A DNA stretch of 64,000 nt from Phoronis australis. Taxonomy: Eukaryota > Animalia > Phoronida. The stretch is taken from assembly GCA_002633005.1 (NCBI GenBank), contig NMRA01000785.1, forward strand, positions 62,001-126,000, read 5' to 3'. A program made the translations under genes and the position numbers. Below, piece after piece: positions 36,909 to 50,291 of the stretch. Within the stretch, counting starts at the first letter, position 1. Every line of letters starts with the position of its first letter. A model generated the notes under the pieces. It did no database searches. It was not told the DNA's origin and saw only the letters and a program-made list of their open reading frames with translations.

Positions 36909-38242
36909 GATTACAGTTTTTCAAGTTTCACACGTTCATCGTTCTTTTTTTGATATTACTTCAGGAATCAAGGAAAATGCTTGATTTTTAAACAAAAAAC
37001 AGAATTTTTTTCCTGGCGGGAGGGGGGCAAACCCGACATCCCCCCATTCGGTGCTATGCGCATCTACAATCGTGCTTTGCGCAAATGTTGACAGACAAAA
37101 TGTTGGGCCCCCCCCTTAATGTTGGGCCCCCCCCTTGTGATATCCTAGATCCGCCACTGCTAAATACAGTGAACCAGTAAAGGATGGGTCATAGATGCGC
37201 AAAAAAAAACAATACGAAACCAAAATTAATTGTGAGTTGAGCATTTTCGACTGCCCAGCGGTCTCTTGACTTGAACGAGTACAGGTAGGGGAATAGTGAC
37301 TAGTCGCGGCACCCATCAGCCGTGGTATAATTACAGCTCGGTACTTTGAGTCAATCGAATTGGTATGACGCAAACGAAACAAAGCGTACAAAGTTCAGAG
37401 GGCGCTACATTCCATTCTTTCACACTGAACAGGTGGACGCCGTCTCAATAATTGAATATTTGTTTGCTGGAGTCTGGCTGATTTAGATTTTCACGAACGC
37501 TAGATTGAGAGACACGGAGTGTGAGCTAGTGGAACAAGAGCGTATCCGGCTCAAGCAGCTAAATATTTAGTCCAGCAACACACAGGCAGATTTGACGGGG
37601 GACATCCCCCCCACCCCTTGGCTGCGGCCAAAATAAATCAGGAAGACATCAAGAGCGTGGGGAAATATTGAGTTTACTCTAATTAACACTGGTAATGAGG
37701 AAGTAGCCGAAACACGGTGTGGAAGCGTGCCTGTCCCTGTTTTTTATATTTTTTTTTAGTCGTGTGGCTGCATTTCAGCGAGGTCCACGCTCTCAGAAGT
37801 CTAAGCCCTCCTTCATTTCCGGCTGACGGCGCGATTGCCCGAGACAAAGTGTTGCCACACCCTTATGGTTTCCTAGATCCGCCACTGCAACATACCATGA
37901 CTAAATAGCTTGTTAAGTTAAAAGTCTTATCCAGGTTATTATGATTCAGAAGCAATCAGCGGGCCGGCTGAATAAATATTACCTTGATTTGCACTCCAAC
38001 TAATGGAAACCCTAATAAGCGCACTGACAACCTAGGCTAATATTCAAAATGTTCGTTATTGTCCTTTGCCTTTATAATTGATACCCTTCCCTAGTCTGTA
38101 CATGTACATGTATTACGTGGACAGCTCATTGCAGGAAGCCATAATAAGCATGCAGGGGAAGATATCCTATGTGGCAAATCACAGCTAACCTTTTCCATCG
38201 CAAAAATGACAATTGATTTTGACCTCATGCGTTACGGATTTC

Positions 38243-38446
38243 GGCCCTATTCCAAGAAACTGACTTAAGTTCATTTTTGACTTAAGTCTAAGATTTGTCA
38301 GTTAAGACAAAATGTAGGTCATTGACTTAAGTCAAACTTAGGATCTTAGTCTTTCTTGAATTGGTTTTGAGACAAATCTAACTTTTATTTTAAAATTTAA
38401 AAATAAGACTTGTCTTAGCTAAGTCAGTTTTGTTGGAACGGGTCCC
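38243..38446. mobile_element. MITE with TIRs and internal GACTTAAGTC palindromic subrepeats
   Basis: GGCCCTATTCCAAGAAACTGACTTAAG ... CTAAGTCAGTTTTGTTGGAACGGGTCC. Confidence 0.65.
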
Positions 38447-39811
38447 TGGTCTCAAACCGTTGCTCAGTCAAATTGGGTCTTTGAAATACTGACTATATTT
38501 CGTTATTACCCGAGCCAGGCCTCTGTCTACATTTGGCTAGTAAAAGAGTGTCATTATACGTTGAGCGTATGGTCCATAAGTCATCGCTCACCATGAAGGT
38601 GCAGTTATAAGACTAATTGTATGTATTGCTTCACGTGGTATCACTCAAACGTTCACTTCTTTGACGCAACGTACGTCTGGATACCCGTTCAATGTGAAAC
38701 GCTTCTGCAACATAACCTGTTTTTTAAACTTTAATAAATCTTTGAACTTCATTTTTGGTTACTTCTTAACAGCGACAAACGTATGAAGAGTTTTGTGATG
38801 AGTATGAATTTCTCGGGATTTTCGTTAAAAAATTTGTGCTCCAGTCGGTTGAGTGTTTTCATGACTATTAAATGATGGAAATTGACTCGAGGCATCTCAT
38901 GCGTGCACCCATTTGACAAAGTAGGCAAACAGATCCGCCGCAGCACTGAAATAAAAAACTCCGAAAAAGGTAGAAAACAAGGCAGAAGCCTAAATACAGA
39001 AACTACCAAAAGTCGACGAATATAGCTCTAAACGTAGCCCGCGAATCTAGTAGTAAAAGGTCTATATTCTCAAAAATCGAGCCCCCAATTTTATGGCTGG
39101 GTAATATCAGAGTCTAGTTTTGAATAATGGGGCCTTTTCTAATCGGATCACAGAAATCCTAGCTGACAGTAATTAATTTTTTTGTTACGTGTGTATTTAC
39201 ACATAATGTGGAAAATGCGACTTCCTGGCTTCGTTAATTTTGATGACGTTTCAGTGAAACTCTTGCTCTTGGCTTACCGTTTCCATGTTACTGGGGTGTC
39301 TACATGTCAGTTCTTTCAAGGTTTGGAATTTTCCTCTAATAAGAGGGTTTCCTCTTTTTGGTCTCGATTTCCTCATATTTGTTTTCCAGTTTCCTCAGTT
39401 TTACCATTATTTTGATTTTAGTCATGCAAAAAAACGTGTATTTCACTTAAACTTTACAACACACAAGCCTACGTTGTTTGTGTAAAATGATACATCACCT
39501 GGACAAATTCCGTTTTTGCCAGTGGTTATTCCTGGTTTAAGCCCTGTTATCTTTGATTTTGTTCAATGAGCCACACAGCAAATAATTAATTTTGACCAAT
39601 TCCTTCGCAAAAATAAAAAGTCGGCTTTTCAATCGTCCGAACTCTTTGATAAGATAGCACAGAAACGAACATGAAAAAGGCATATCAAAGGCAATATCTA
39701 GAAACAGTTGTGCAGCTACACGTTTGTCTTAACTACCACTGACACGTGTGCGTAGAAATGGTAGAACTGTACATGTAACATCCCAAGTTGAATGTTTTTG
39801 ACCCTGAAGAC

Positions 39812-39950
39812 CGGGCGTGCGTTCAGTAGACGCTAGGACCTACCTAAAACCTAGTCAAAATCACATGCTCTCATTTAAAATGCACAGCAACATCTCACGT
39901 AATCTCGCGAAGTCTTACTTTTTAGCGAGGTCCTAGCGTTACTGAACGGT
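39812..39950 (-). mobile_element. MITE family A (copy 3, inverted)
   Basis: Reverse-complement match to 3387-3545. Confidence 0.8.
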
Positions 39951-40830
39951 ATGCGGGTCTGTTCGTTCACAGGAACCACTGACGTAATCAGGGATACCAA
40001 AAAAGTCGATATACTGCAGGTAGAGAAAGCTGCAGAATAAAGAGAAGCTGCACTTATTGAGCATTCAATGATACTGGCATCAGCAGTCCCCGAAGTACAA
40101 TGGCAAGTGCTACGATGTATTCGGCTATATTTTTGGTTGGAAGGTGGAGCTGAAAATTTAGCATAACTTCCAATTCGGAGGGTGGAATCGAAAACCAGCG
40201 TTTCCACGAGGATAGACCTACGGTGAAAACATCAACATGCCATATGGGTTGACTTCAGGAGCAAAAACCACACCCACAAAACTCATTGCCTATTGAAAAC
40301 AATTTTATTCAGTAGTTCTACTCTAAAGTGTTTTCCACAGAAGGAGCATGCGTTAAACCACTGGTACATGTTGAGGTGTCATGCAACATTCATTAAATAT
40401 CAGAGACAGAATCATTCCTCACCACAACTGCACGAGGTTCGCTTTACCAAAACTGTAGATCCAGGGTCATAGAAACGTTAATGCAAAGCCAAGCTGTGAG
40501 TTTAAAAATGACACAATGGTGCTGATGTAAAGATGATTGCACCAGAACCCACACCTTTGTAAGGCTTGATAACTACATTCCAATCAAAATTCAAGATATC
40601 AATTGCGCTTATGCTAATTTTAAGAAACTGACAGTCATGCATTGAGGATGCCATCTGTCCCGAGTTACAATTCAGTAGTGGCAAGCACTCGATTGTCATG
40701 GCAAACTTCCACCTTTACAAGTTTCCGTAATTCTTACTCAAAAAAGCTCAGTAAACTTAGGCAAAGGGCATGTCAGGAGTCTGCAGCTCTTGGTAAAGTT
40801 CTCCCAGGATACTTTGGAGGCTATCCAACA

Positions 40831-41341
40831 TCAGAATATGGTCAGTTTCTTGTGTTCTGATCTCATCGTCTTGTGTTTGGTCATGGACTTCTCTGACTGA
40901 GTTAACTGAAGTCTGTACTTTTCAAGGGACTCTATTTTCTGCTTTGTCCTCTTTGCCACTAACGGGTCCCTAGAATTGAATAAACCATGTGAAGAAATTA
41001 ACATTCCCCCGCCAGTTAACAGACTCACGGCTCAGAATACTTCATACCAGAAGATGATTGGTTACTCCTTGGGTCATTAAGTCAACATGAAACATTATTG
41101 AAAGCCATAAGTATAGCCTTGGACCAACGCATACCAGCTGAGACCACTTTTGGCAGTCATTTAAGTAAAATTCGAGCACAAAAATCGGGACATCATCGAG
41201 CATAACACCTCTCAAGTACTGACAGTCGTGGCTCGTCTATCAATACTTGCACCCTTACCGATCCTCGTTACGACGCAGCGATTCTTGGAGTTTTGCCAAC
41301 TGTTTGTCAATGTTTCTAATTTCCTCGTGTGTCTTAAGCAG
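40831..41341 (-). CDS. ZGPAT: Second (allelic/haplotig) copy of the last two ZGPAT exons (41341-41259, 40969-40831)
   Basis: Encodes the same peptides as 43040-42958 and 42128-41990. It is part of the duplication 40643-41780 vs 41802-43479 next to the 'n' at 41781. Confidence 0.75.
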
Positions 41342-41989
41342 CTGAAAACAATAATGATATGTAAATTGATAAACACTGCAGCACCAAGGTTTCATGAAGC
41401 TTTACACAACAGTTCAAATTCCAAGTTTGTTGCCCAAATCAAAAGTTTCATTTCTGAGTTAATCATTAACAGTTCAGCTTCATGTATGAAACAAAAGCAT
41501 CGTACAATCACACCACTAACCACTTGGGAGACCAGACAAGAATAACCTTGTAAACCCTGAAACTCCTTTAGCATGGGTGCATGAAACAGTACCAAACAGG
41601 GACTCGACTAAGTTCCTTAAATCTACTGCGTATTAATGGGCTGATTGTCACACTGATTGTCCTTTGATATGTTCTTTGAGTGCCATTACTAGGCAATTTT
41701 TTGGCTTCGTTACAATTTGAGCGTAAAATCTATGTTGAATGTTCAATATTATTGAAAATAAGCAGGGATTTTTTCATGCANCATTGTAATGGTGTATTTT
41801 CTGAGGATGCCATCTGTCACGAGTTACAATCCAGTAGTGGCAAGCACTCGATTGTCATGGCAAACTTCCACCTTTACAAGTTTCCATAATTCTTACTCAA
41901 AAAAGCTCAGTAAACTTAGGCAAAGGGCATGTCAGGAGTCTGCAGCTCTTGGTAAAGTTCTCCCAGGATACTTTGGAGGCTATCCAACA

Positions 41990-44900
41990 TCAGAATATGG
42001 TCAGTTTCTTGTGTTCTGATCTCATCGTCTTGTGTTTGGTCATGGACTTCTCTGACTGAGTTAACTGAAGTCTGTACTTTTCAAGGGACTCTATTTTCTG
42101 CTTTGTCCTCTTTGCCACTAACGGGTCCCTAGAATTGAATAAACCACGTGAATAAATTAACATCCCCCCGCCAGTCAACAGACTCACGGCTCAGAATACT
42201 TCATACCAGAAGATGATTGGTTACTCCTTGGGCCAATAAGTCAACATGAAACATTATTGAAAGCAGTAAGTACAGCCTTGGACCAACACATAGCAGCTGA
42301 GACCACTTTTGTCTTATTGAGTTGCCTTTTGGGCCAAAACCAGGATTATGGCAACCACCAAGATGCTCAAAAATTCCCCTTTCTGCACTCCCACAATTTG
42401 ACCCCTCCCCCTGAAATAAATTCCTTCGAACCATGTGGCACACTCATCATCACATGCACACAAACACGTTTAATAAGTTCCTTAATCCCAACGCAACGTT
42501 AAATACACAGGTTTTATTTAGTAAAACTAAAACGACGAGCTTCGGTACTAAAATATATTAAAATATCTCCACGTATGGAGCGATGCGCTCTTTGTCAAGG
42601 GTGTGCTACATACTGTTAATATATTTTAGTAGCGACGCTCCTCATTTTAGTTCTACTGTTTTATATTTTTATTCTCAGGGCATTGCAACATCTATTTGAT
42701 TTCAATCAGGTTTTACTTGTTTGAAAGTTTAATACCACCCAGAAAATAAACCTGTATATCACACAGAAACTAAAAGAGATACCTATGCAAAAAAACAGCA
42801 AAACATGACAATTTAAGACGTACACCAGAGTGTGGACTAAATAAACACACGACTGTCATGTAAGTAAAATTCGAGCACAAAAATCGGGACATCATCTAGC
42901 ATAACACCTCTCAAGTACTGACAGTGGTGGCTCGTCTATCGATACTTGCACCCTTACCGATCCTCGTTACGACGCAGAGATTCTTGGAGTTTTGCCAACT
43001 GTTTGTCAATGTTTCTAATTTCCTCGTGTGTCTTAAGCAGCTGAAAACAATAATGATATGTAAATTGATAAACACTGCAGCACCAAGGTTTCATGAAGCT
43101 TTACACGACAGTTCAAATTCCAAGTTTGTTGCCCAAATCAAAAGTTTGATTCCTGAGTTAATCATTAACAGTTCAGCTTCATGTATGAAACAAAAGCATC
43201 GTAAAATCACACCACTAACCACTTGGGAGACCAGACAAGAATAACCTTGTAAACCCTGAAACTCCTTTAGCATGGGTGCATGAAACAGTACTTAATAGGG
43301 ACTCGACTAAGTTCCTTAAATCTACTGCGTATTAATGGGCTGATTGTCACACTGATTGTCCTTTTATATGTTCTTTGAGTGCCAATACTAGGCAATGTTT
43401 TGGCTTCGTTACAATTTGAGCGTAAAATCTATGTTGAATGTTCAATATTATTGAAAATAAGTAGGGATTTTTTCATGCAACGCATATAATTTAAGGACAA
43501 AAACCCTAATTGTTTGGATTGATTAAAGGGCTCAGTTTTAGTTATATTATTAGAAAATGTCATAGCTCCTAATAATGACATAAAAAGGGTAGAAAAATAT
43601 TTGAGCAAAAAACGTAACTAGTACGCAAAGTAGGGAACTTAGTACATATTCCACATGTGGGACTGTTTCATGCAATGGGCCACTGTAACCAAGTATCTCA
43701 ACACACTAGTTACCTGGATATTGACTTGTTTGTCTGACTTCTGCTTCAGATCAGCTTCCGTGATTTGTCTCACATCTTTTCTTTTTTTGCCATGGCCATG
43801 TGACCGGACCAGTGAATGGAGATCGGCTGAAAATGAGTTGATCACGTGACCAGACCAGAAAATGAAGACCAGCAGAAAATGAATTGGTCAAGTGACTTGA
43901 CAAGTAAACAGGGATCAGCTGATATTGCGACTTGACTAGCAAATGAAGATCAATGGAGAGGGTCAAAATGGAATGTGAATAGGCCAGTCCACATGACTAA
44001 CTACTTTGAGTTCAATGCTGCCTTATTCAACACTGTTTACCTACAGGACTGTGGTTTTCACATACACACACACCTTCACTTTCCTAGAACAACGTGTTTG
44101 AACAAATACTTTGAATTTCCTAAGTTATCACAGTAATGACTGTAGGAAAATACAGTGTACACTCATTATGCAGACATACAATTTGCATAGACGGAAAAAA
44201 CATTATGACTGTGGGCGAACACGAGCCCATCTTTGTGACAATTGCACATTCTTTGGTGACGAGCTTAGACACTTAACAGCACGCATACATGTACCTCTTT
44301 TTCCATGCAGTTTCTTGTTGATGAAGTCAAACACATTTAGTTTGTCTCCCTTGTCTTTGTATCCTTGCGCCACCTGTTGGCTTTGTTGTTTGGCCTTCAT
44401 CTTCTGCCTCTTGAGTACATCCATCAGACACTGATCACCAGCTTGCTCTTTCAGCTCCATTACCTTATCTAGAGACTTGCCTGAGCGTGGTGAGCAAATG
44501 GTTTTGTGGTGACAACAAGCAACAAACATTGCATAAAAAGATGTGTTTCAATAGCGACATGTTTCCTAAGAAACATACATCATTCCAAAACTTCAAATCA
44601 AGAATGACAAGCTTGTCATAATTGAAATATTTTGCTGAGTTTGTGTAATTATGTCTTACGGCAATTTTTGTTTCTATGACTTCACTTACACGTCCTCGAG
44701 ATGACATCAACTAATGGGGGAAGGGAGCCATAGACAAATCCAGCTTGTTCAAATCCTGAGAAACATCACTTTATCTTGGTTGACGTCTGACACTGAATTA
44801 GCGTGCACTGAACAAACCTCTGAATTAACTATATCGACAACATCTTGAAGAGATGAGTAAAGACAAACTCATTCTGACTTCCATGAAATGTCACACAACA

Positions 44901-47900
44901 TAAACGTGGCATTAAAGAATATTAGAGAAAGCTTTATATCAGGAAAATAGGAAGGAAATGTCAAACACCACTTCTGTTTTTAAGTGATAGGAAACTACGC
45001 ATAGACATGAATTTGACTTCAGAAAAATTCACTCAAGTCTCACCAGGTGGCAGTAGAAGGATTGGGACAGGCTCGGCACGGCCCTCACCTGCCTTGCCTA
45101 GTCCTTGACCAGTGATGTAGCCCATCTTGGACATGAGTTTCGACCCGATACCCTGTAAGAGAGGAAAATGGTAGAAGTGAAAGATGGTTCCAAGCGATTC
45201 AGAAACAACATTCAGCCCAAGATAGTGGATCAAAGTACAAAATATTTTTATGTCAGCCTGAGATGCTCGACCATGGTGCACAGTATCCATACCCTAATTA
45301 GGGCAAAACAAACTAATATACTTTGGTGGGGTACGTGGTTGACTATGGTCAGTAATTCTGAAAGATCAGCCACACAATATAATTTGTTGCCAAAAGGTTC
45401 ATAGGTTTGGAGCGAGATGTGAGAAAGACTTAGAGTACCAATGTACTTAATACGGTGAAATAACGAAAAGATATATGTAACTTGAGTTTGCAAATCCTCT
45501 GTGCTCACAAAACATTCTGGTACACACCCTTGTGTGTGCTTCCCATTCACCCAACTTCTCAGTCGTCTGCGGTGGTTTCCATAGAAACACAGGCAGGTCA
45601 TCGTCTGAGGACTCGTCATTGAGTGCCTTCAGCTTGGTGCTGTCATTATAATCCTCGCCTGAAGAGTCACCACCATTGTCGTCATCAACCTCTGCAAAAT
45701 GTAAATCAACGGAAGGCATAAGGAAAACTAAACCCAAGATCAATGTTATCCTGTTAAACTAATTCCTACCTGTATATCTACGGGTGTGTTGCCTGCATCT
45801 TTCTACCTGAGCCCCGTGGAAGCCAGTGTTTTCATGTTGAGAAAATTAACACAGATTAACTAAATAATTGTCACAATTGAATTATAAAAACATACAATAA
45901 TCAAAAGCCAGCGCTCACTTGAAATATGGCTAAGATTGAATACAATATGCAAGATTTGGAAATATGGGAAATCATGACTTAATTCGGATGTCATTGGATC
46001 AGTTGCTTTCAAACCAACACAAACTAATTTGATTTCTGACATTTCAGGTTCTGGGCCAACAAAAGAGCTAACTCTAGTTCTCCACAAAACTGTCACTGTC
46101 TGTTGTGCGTATGACCCACCAGAGGGCACCACATCCTCCAACTCAACTGTACTCGTCTCATTGTACATGTCATATTGCACCTCATACTTATGATCATCAA
46201 GTACCCTCGTAACCCTAGCTGTGTACCACACATTGTCATGGTAACGGGCCAGGCATTTGCATCCTTCTGTAAGGCGACTGAAACCAGAAAGTTTAAGAAT
46301 TCATTCAACTAAGTTTGCATTCATGTTGCGCAAATTTGGCAAAGTACTCTACTATGTTTTACTCCACAAATCCATCGTTATTACCACTCACTAATGGACT
46401 GACATTTGCTTCACTAAACTGGAACCATTAGGATCATTCCTCCAAACAGCAATTATTTCGTTTTCTTTTCTACATACTAGCACACACCCGGAAATCACGT
46501 ATATCCAGGTTCCAATTCCTTCCCTCGCATACATACGCTACTACGACCTCCTATTAAATGAAAAGCAGAGTATTAATGTAAGCCACACATCAAACCTCAC
46601 CTATAGTCAGGTTCTTGAAAGTCTTTGATATCTGACATATTGACTATGTATCCATGGCTGAATCTGTAACAGAATACAATGTTGAATTGATGTCAACAAT
46701 TTAGGATACACATATGGGACGCAGGGACTAACTGTTCCTCGTCCATTCAAATAAGTTGGAAAAAATCAATGGTCTGTCAACTTCTGTTCCGCAATACTAT
46801 TAAAACATGGACGGATTGACACTTTAATTTCAAAGACCTGGAAAATGGAAATGGCATTTTTACCAATGTTTCAATTGATGAAACCTCCCTTAGTGTAACC
46901 AGTATTACTTGCTGGTTCATGAGTAATTGATTACATTTACTTGATAGAAACTTGTACACAATGGCTACTCATGAACATTAGACTTCTTAATACAAATGAC
47001 TGAAAGAACAACAAGAAACCCCAGGTTTAGAATCTGACGCCATGGACTGACAGATAGGGAGAACTGTTCAACTGTTTGAACTAAAGACCTCTAAGTCCAA
47101 AATTTACCAGTAGGGACAACAAAATCCTAGTGGCCAAAGGGAAAACTAACCGGCACTTGTCTTCCTCATAACGACATTTTCCCTCCAGGAAATATGGACA
47201 GACAACCATGGACTGGTGTGTGGGGTAGCAGAATACGACACGGAGCTGGACAAAAAGCATAGAATCATACGAAAGCAGCAAAAAATTTAAGAGTTCGATT
47301 CGATTTAATGTCAGTGGCCAAAACAAAGACATAGTCTGCCAACGATAATATGCTCAATGTATGACCACTGCAATTGAGTGCATGGGCTGACAAAGCTCCT
47401 ACTTTAGACAACACGGCATATTGGATATTCCAAGGCAAAGAGCAGAAATTTTGAATATAAATCTAAAAAAGAGCATAGTATAACTTTTTGGGAGTTTAAC
47501 ACAAATCTGGTTCACGCAAGTCCGACTTATGCAAGTTTAATATGTAAAAATACAATTTGGAATTTTGGAACACATATGAGTTGGACATCATTTAAAAAAT
47601 CATTCCCCTACATACACAACTTTAAAGTGATTCAACAAAAATAGCAATTAATTATTTTTATTTGAGTATTAGCATTGTGACTATTGTACAAGAATTGGAC
47701 ATACAATGTAGTTCACCATAGAATTAAATCAACGAAAATTCTGGCACACCTATAAATAACTGACAATTCCTAACATAACCTTCAACTCACCTTTGGTATC
47801 GAAGATTCCTTAGTGATAGGTTCTAAACTAAGCACCAGGGCATTGTGGTACTTCATGTGTCCCCAGTCATACGAGTGAGGAGCCCGGCATTTCATTCCTG

Positions 47901-50021
47901 CCACTTGTTCACTGTGAGACAAATAGTCATCACTGGCCTCTCCCTCTAACGAGTGTAAATCACCAGTCACGGAAGATGTGCCGGGGGGATTATCACACGT
48001 AGAGTTGTCACTAACCACCGGTGACTCTTCAGCTATGGCCGCCTAATAAAGAACAAGAATTGTCTAAAGATGTTGCACTGGAGTCTAGTTAATGCAGCAG
48101 TCAATGGTAGGTCAAAGGTCGCCATACCCAGCATCTATATCAAGCAATGACTAATGAGTATATATTTGACAACAGTGAACAGTTAAGGAAAGCATTTTGA
48201 CAATATGAACAAGAATTATTCAGTCGATTGTCAAGTTCACATTAATGAAACAGGACTATTTTAAGTGGACTTTAACAACATGTACAATGAACACTTTAAC
48301 CTGAAATGCAGCAAATTCCTGATCCATGCTGCTACTGGCACCTGGTGCGGAGACATTATCAAGTTCCCGCAACAGGTTGCTTTTCTTCAATGACAAAAGA
48401 CTACTCTCTGTCAGCTGTATGAGTTCCAGCAAATCATTCTTTAGCTGTACAAGATCCTGGCTGTTCTCTGTCCCTGACGCTAACAAAGCCGTCTCCACTT
48501 GAACCAGCTGGAAATTGTGAAAGTCACTTTATTACGTACATGTACTAGTACTGAGAATATGTTAATGTGAAAACTAGCAAAGACGGGGACTGGGAGTGCT
48601 AGACACGAGGGGGATGGTTATACCATGGTGACAGAGTCAGAGGGGGGGNGTACAGCTAGATTGAATGTTTGGATGATGTAATGTGTTAATGATCCTTAAA
48701 AGATGGAGAAAACATTGTATCAATATTGAGGTATCACGTTGTAAATTCTTATCGTGAGCCAAAATCAGGCCATTCTGGGTTATTTAATTTTGATTAGCTT
48801 AGGATTGGAGGACCTGTCCCATTTTCAGATCCAAATTGCTTGACAGCGAAGTTAGGGTAATAGCCTGAAAAACGTGCCTGATTTTTGAGAACCATTTTTT
48901 TCACTGAATAACGGGCATCAAATTGGTTCTCAAAATACGGGCATGTTATATCGGACTTTTGCCCGAAGCTAATCTGATTACACGTAGGCCTAGCGGTCTC
49001 GGTAGCCAGCCAGCTAGCTGTATGAAGACTGTTGTCCAAATACAGTTAGGTACCACTGTGTGCATTTCTTCCATAGGTCCCAAAATTGCACACAGCCACA
49101 GTAGTTCGATCTACTCGTCACCTTGCCGTGAAACCTGTAAGCTAAACACCGGACGGTGTGCATGCAAAATCTGGAAGTCAACAGACACTCACCTTGCCCA
49201 TTACAGCCATTTAGGTGAAAAACAATGCAATAAAATTCATTTTCATGTGCAACTCTCCGATTTTTCTAACAATCAAAAGTATGTCGTCGTTTTAAAAACA
49301 GTACGCTCGTGTCACGCGCATATGTCATTCTCTAAATTTTGCTACATCTCTCGGGAGATGGTGATAGCTTGGCAGCAGCAAAATTTCTTCTGAAATTCGT
49401 TTTTTTGGTATCAAAATTCTCAGGCTAAAAACTTATAATGAAGTGAAATCAGTTCGATAATTTCAAGTTGTTGTGATTTATACGCAACCTCGTGAAAGAA
49501 CAACAGTTGATTGAAGAATCGGGCAAAAATGCACATGGCCAATAGGTGACACAATAATAAAGATCATTCACTCCACAACTTTAGCAGCAGAATAACGGTA
49601 GAACGGGATTTTTTGCAACACCTTTAAATAATTTAGTTTACTCAAGGAAGACTGTAGTTTTTAATGACACAAATTTTGCATCAGATTTGATCTTACCACA
49701 TTTTTACCCACATCGGCGCAAAGCTGTATATTTAGTATACAGCTTTGTACCAAGGCTACGGCATCCTAGCCTTGATACAAAGCTGTATATATATATAAAT
49801 ATACAGCTGTATTTTGACGACAGTTTTCATACAGCTAGCTGGCTGGCTAGCGGCAGGCACACACACAGACTCTGAGTCTGACATGTATTTTGTGTTCGTG
49901 AAAGATAGAATCATAAACACCTGAATTGCACATTGCTAGCTCTAACCAGCTCTCAACTATACTAATAACACACCTGGCTCTTGTACGTTTCTATAGATAA
50001 CTCAAGTGATCGCTCATCCAT
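41990..50021 (-). CDS. ZGPAT: Zinc finger CCCH-type with G-patch domain protein, 538 aa, 12 coding exons
   Basis: Exons: 50021-49974, 48507-48301, 48042-47791, 47245-47151, 46663-46601, 46277-46120, 45691-45528, 45152-45044, 44480-44295, 43826-43714, 43040-42958, 42128-41990. All introns are GT-AG with consistent phases, total 1617 nt. Recognised motifs: N-terminus MDERSLELSIETYKSQLVQVE, CCCH finger CPYFLEGKCRYEEDKCRFSHG, Tudor-like CLARYHDNVWYTARV, G-patch [35 protein letters not shown], and C-terminus HKKLTIF. Confidence 0.96.
49003..49849. mobile_element. ~850-bp TIR element in ZGPAT intron 1
   Basis: ~45-bp TIRs: TAGCCAGCCAGCTAGCTGTATGAAGACTGTTGTCCAAATACAG vs CTGTATTTTGACGACAGTTTTCATACAGCTAGCTGGCTGGCTA. 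No coding capacity is recognisable. Confidence 0.75.
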
Positions 50022-50291
50022 TTCTGAATGTGAAATAGACCTATGATTGCCTCAACACAATGCAGCCAGCGCCGTCTACGGTTGGCGGTCATTATCAAAA
50101 AGCATTTCACATTTTATTGAACTGTGCTTTACAGTCCAGTAGGCTACTATGTTTATCAAATAAATTGCTTTACTGAAAAAGGAGCAATATATTTGCACAA
50201 AAATACACAATACATCCCAAATGGTACCTTAACTTTGGTACTGAAGCGTTTCATACGAAACTGAACCTTTTGATTATACGACAGACATATT
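50022..50291. promoter_or_regulatory. Putative bidirectional promoter / 5' UTRs shared by ZGPAT and C9orf78
   Basis: Divergent start codons at 50021 (-) and 50292 (+), only 270 bp apart. Confidence 0.75.
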
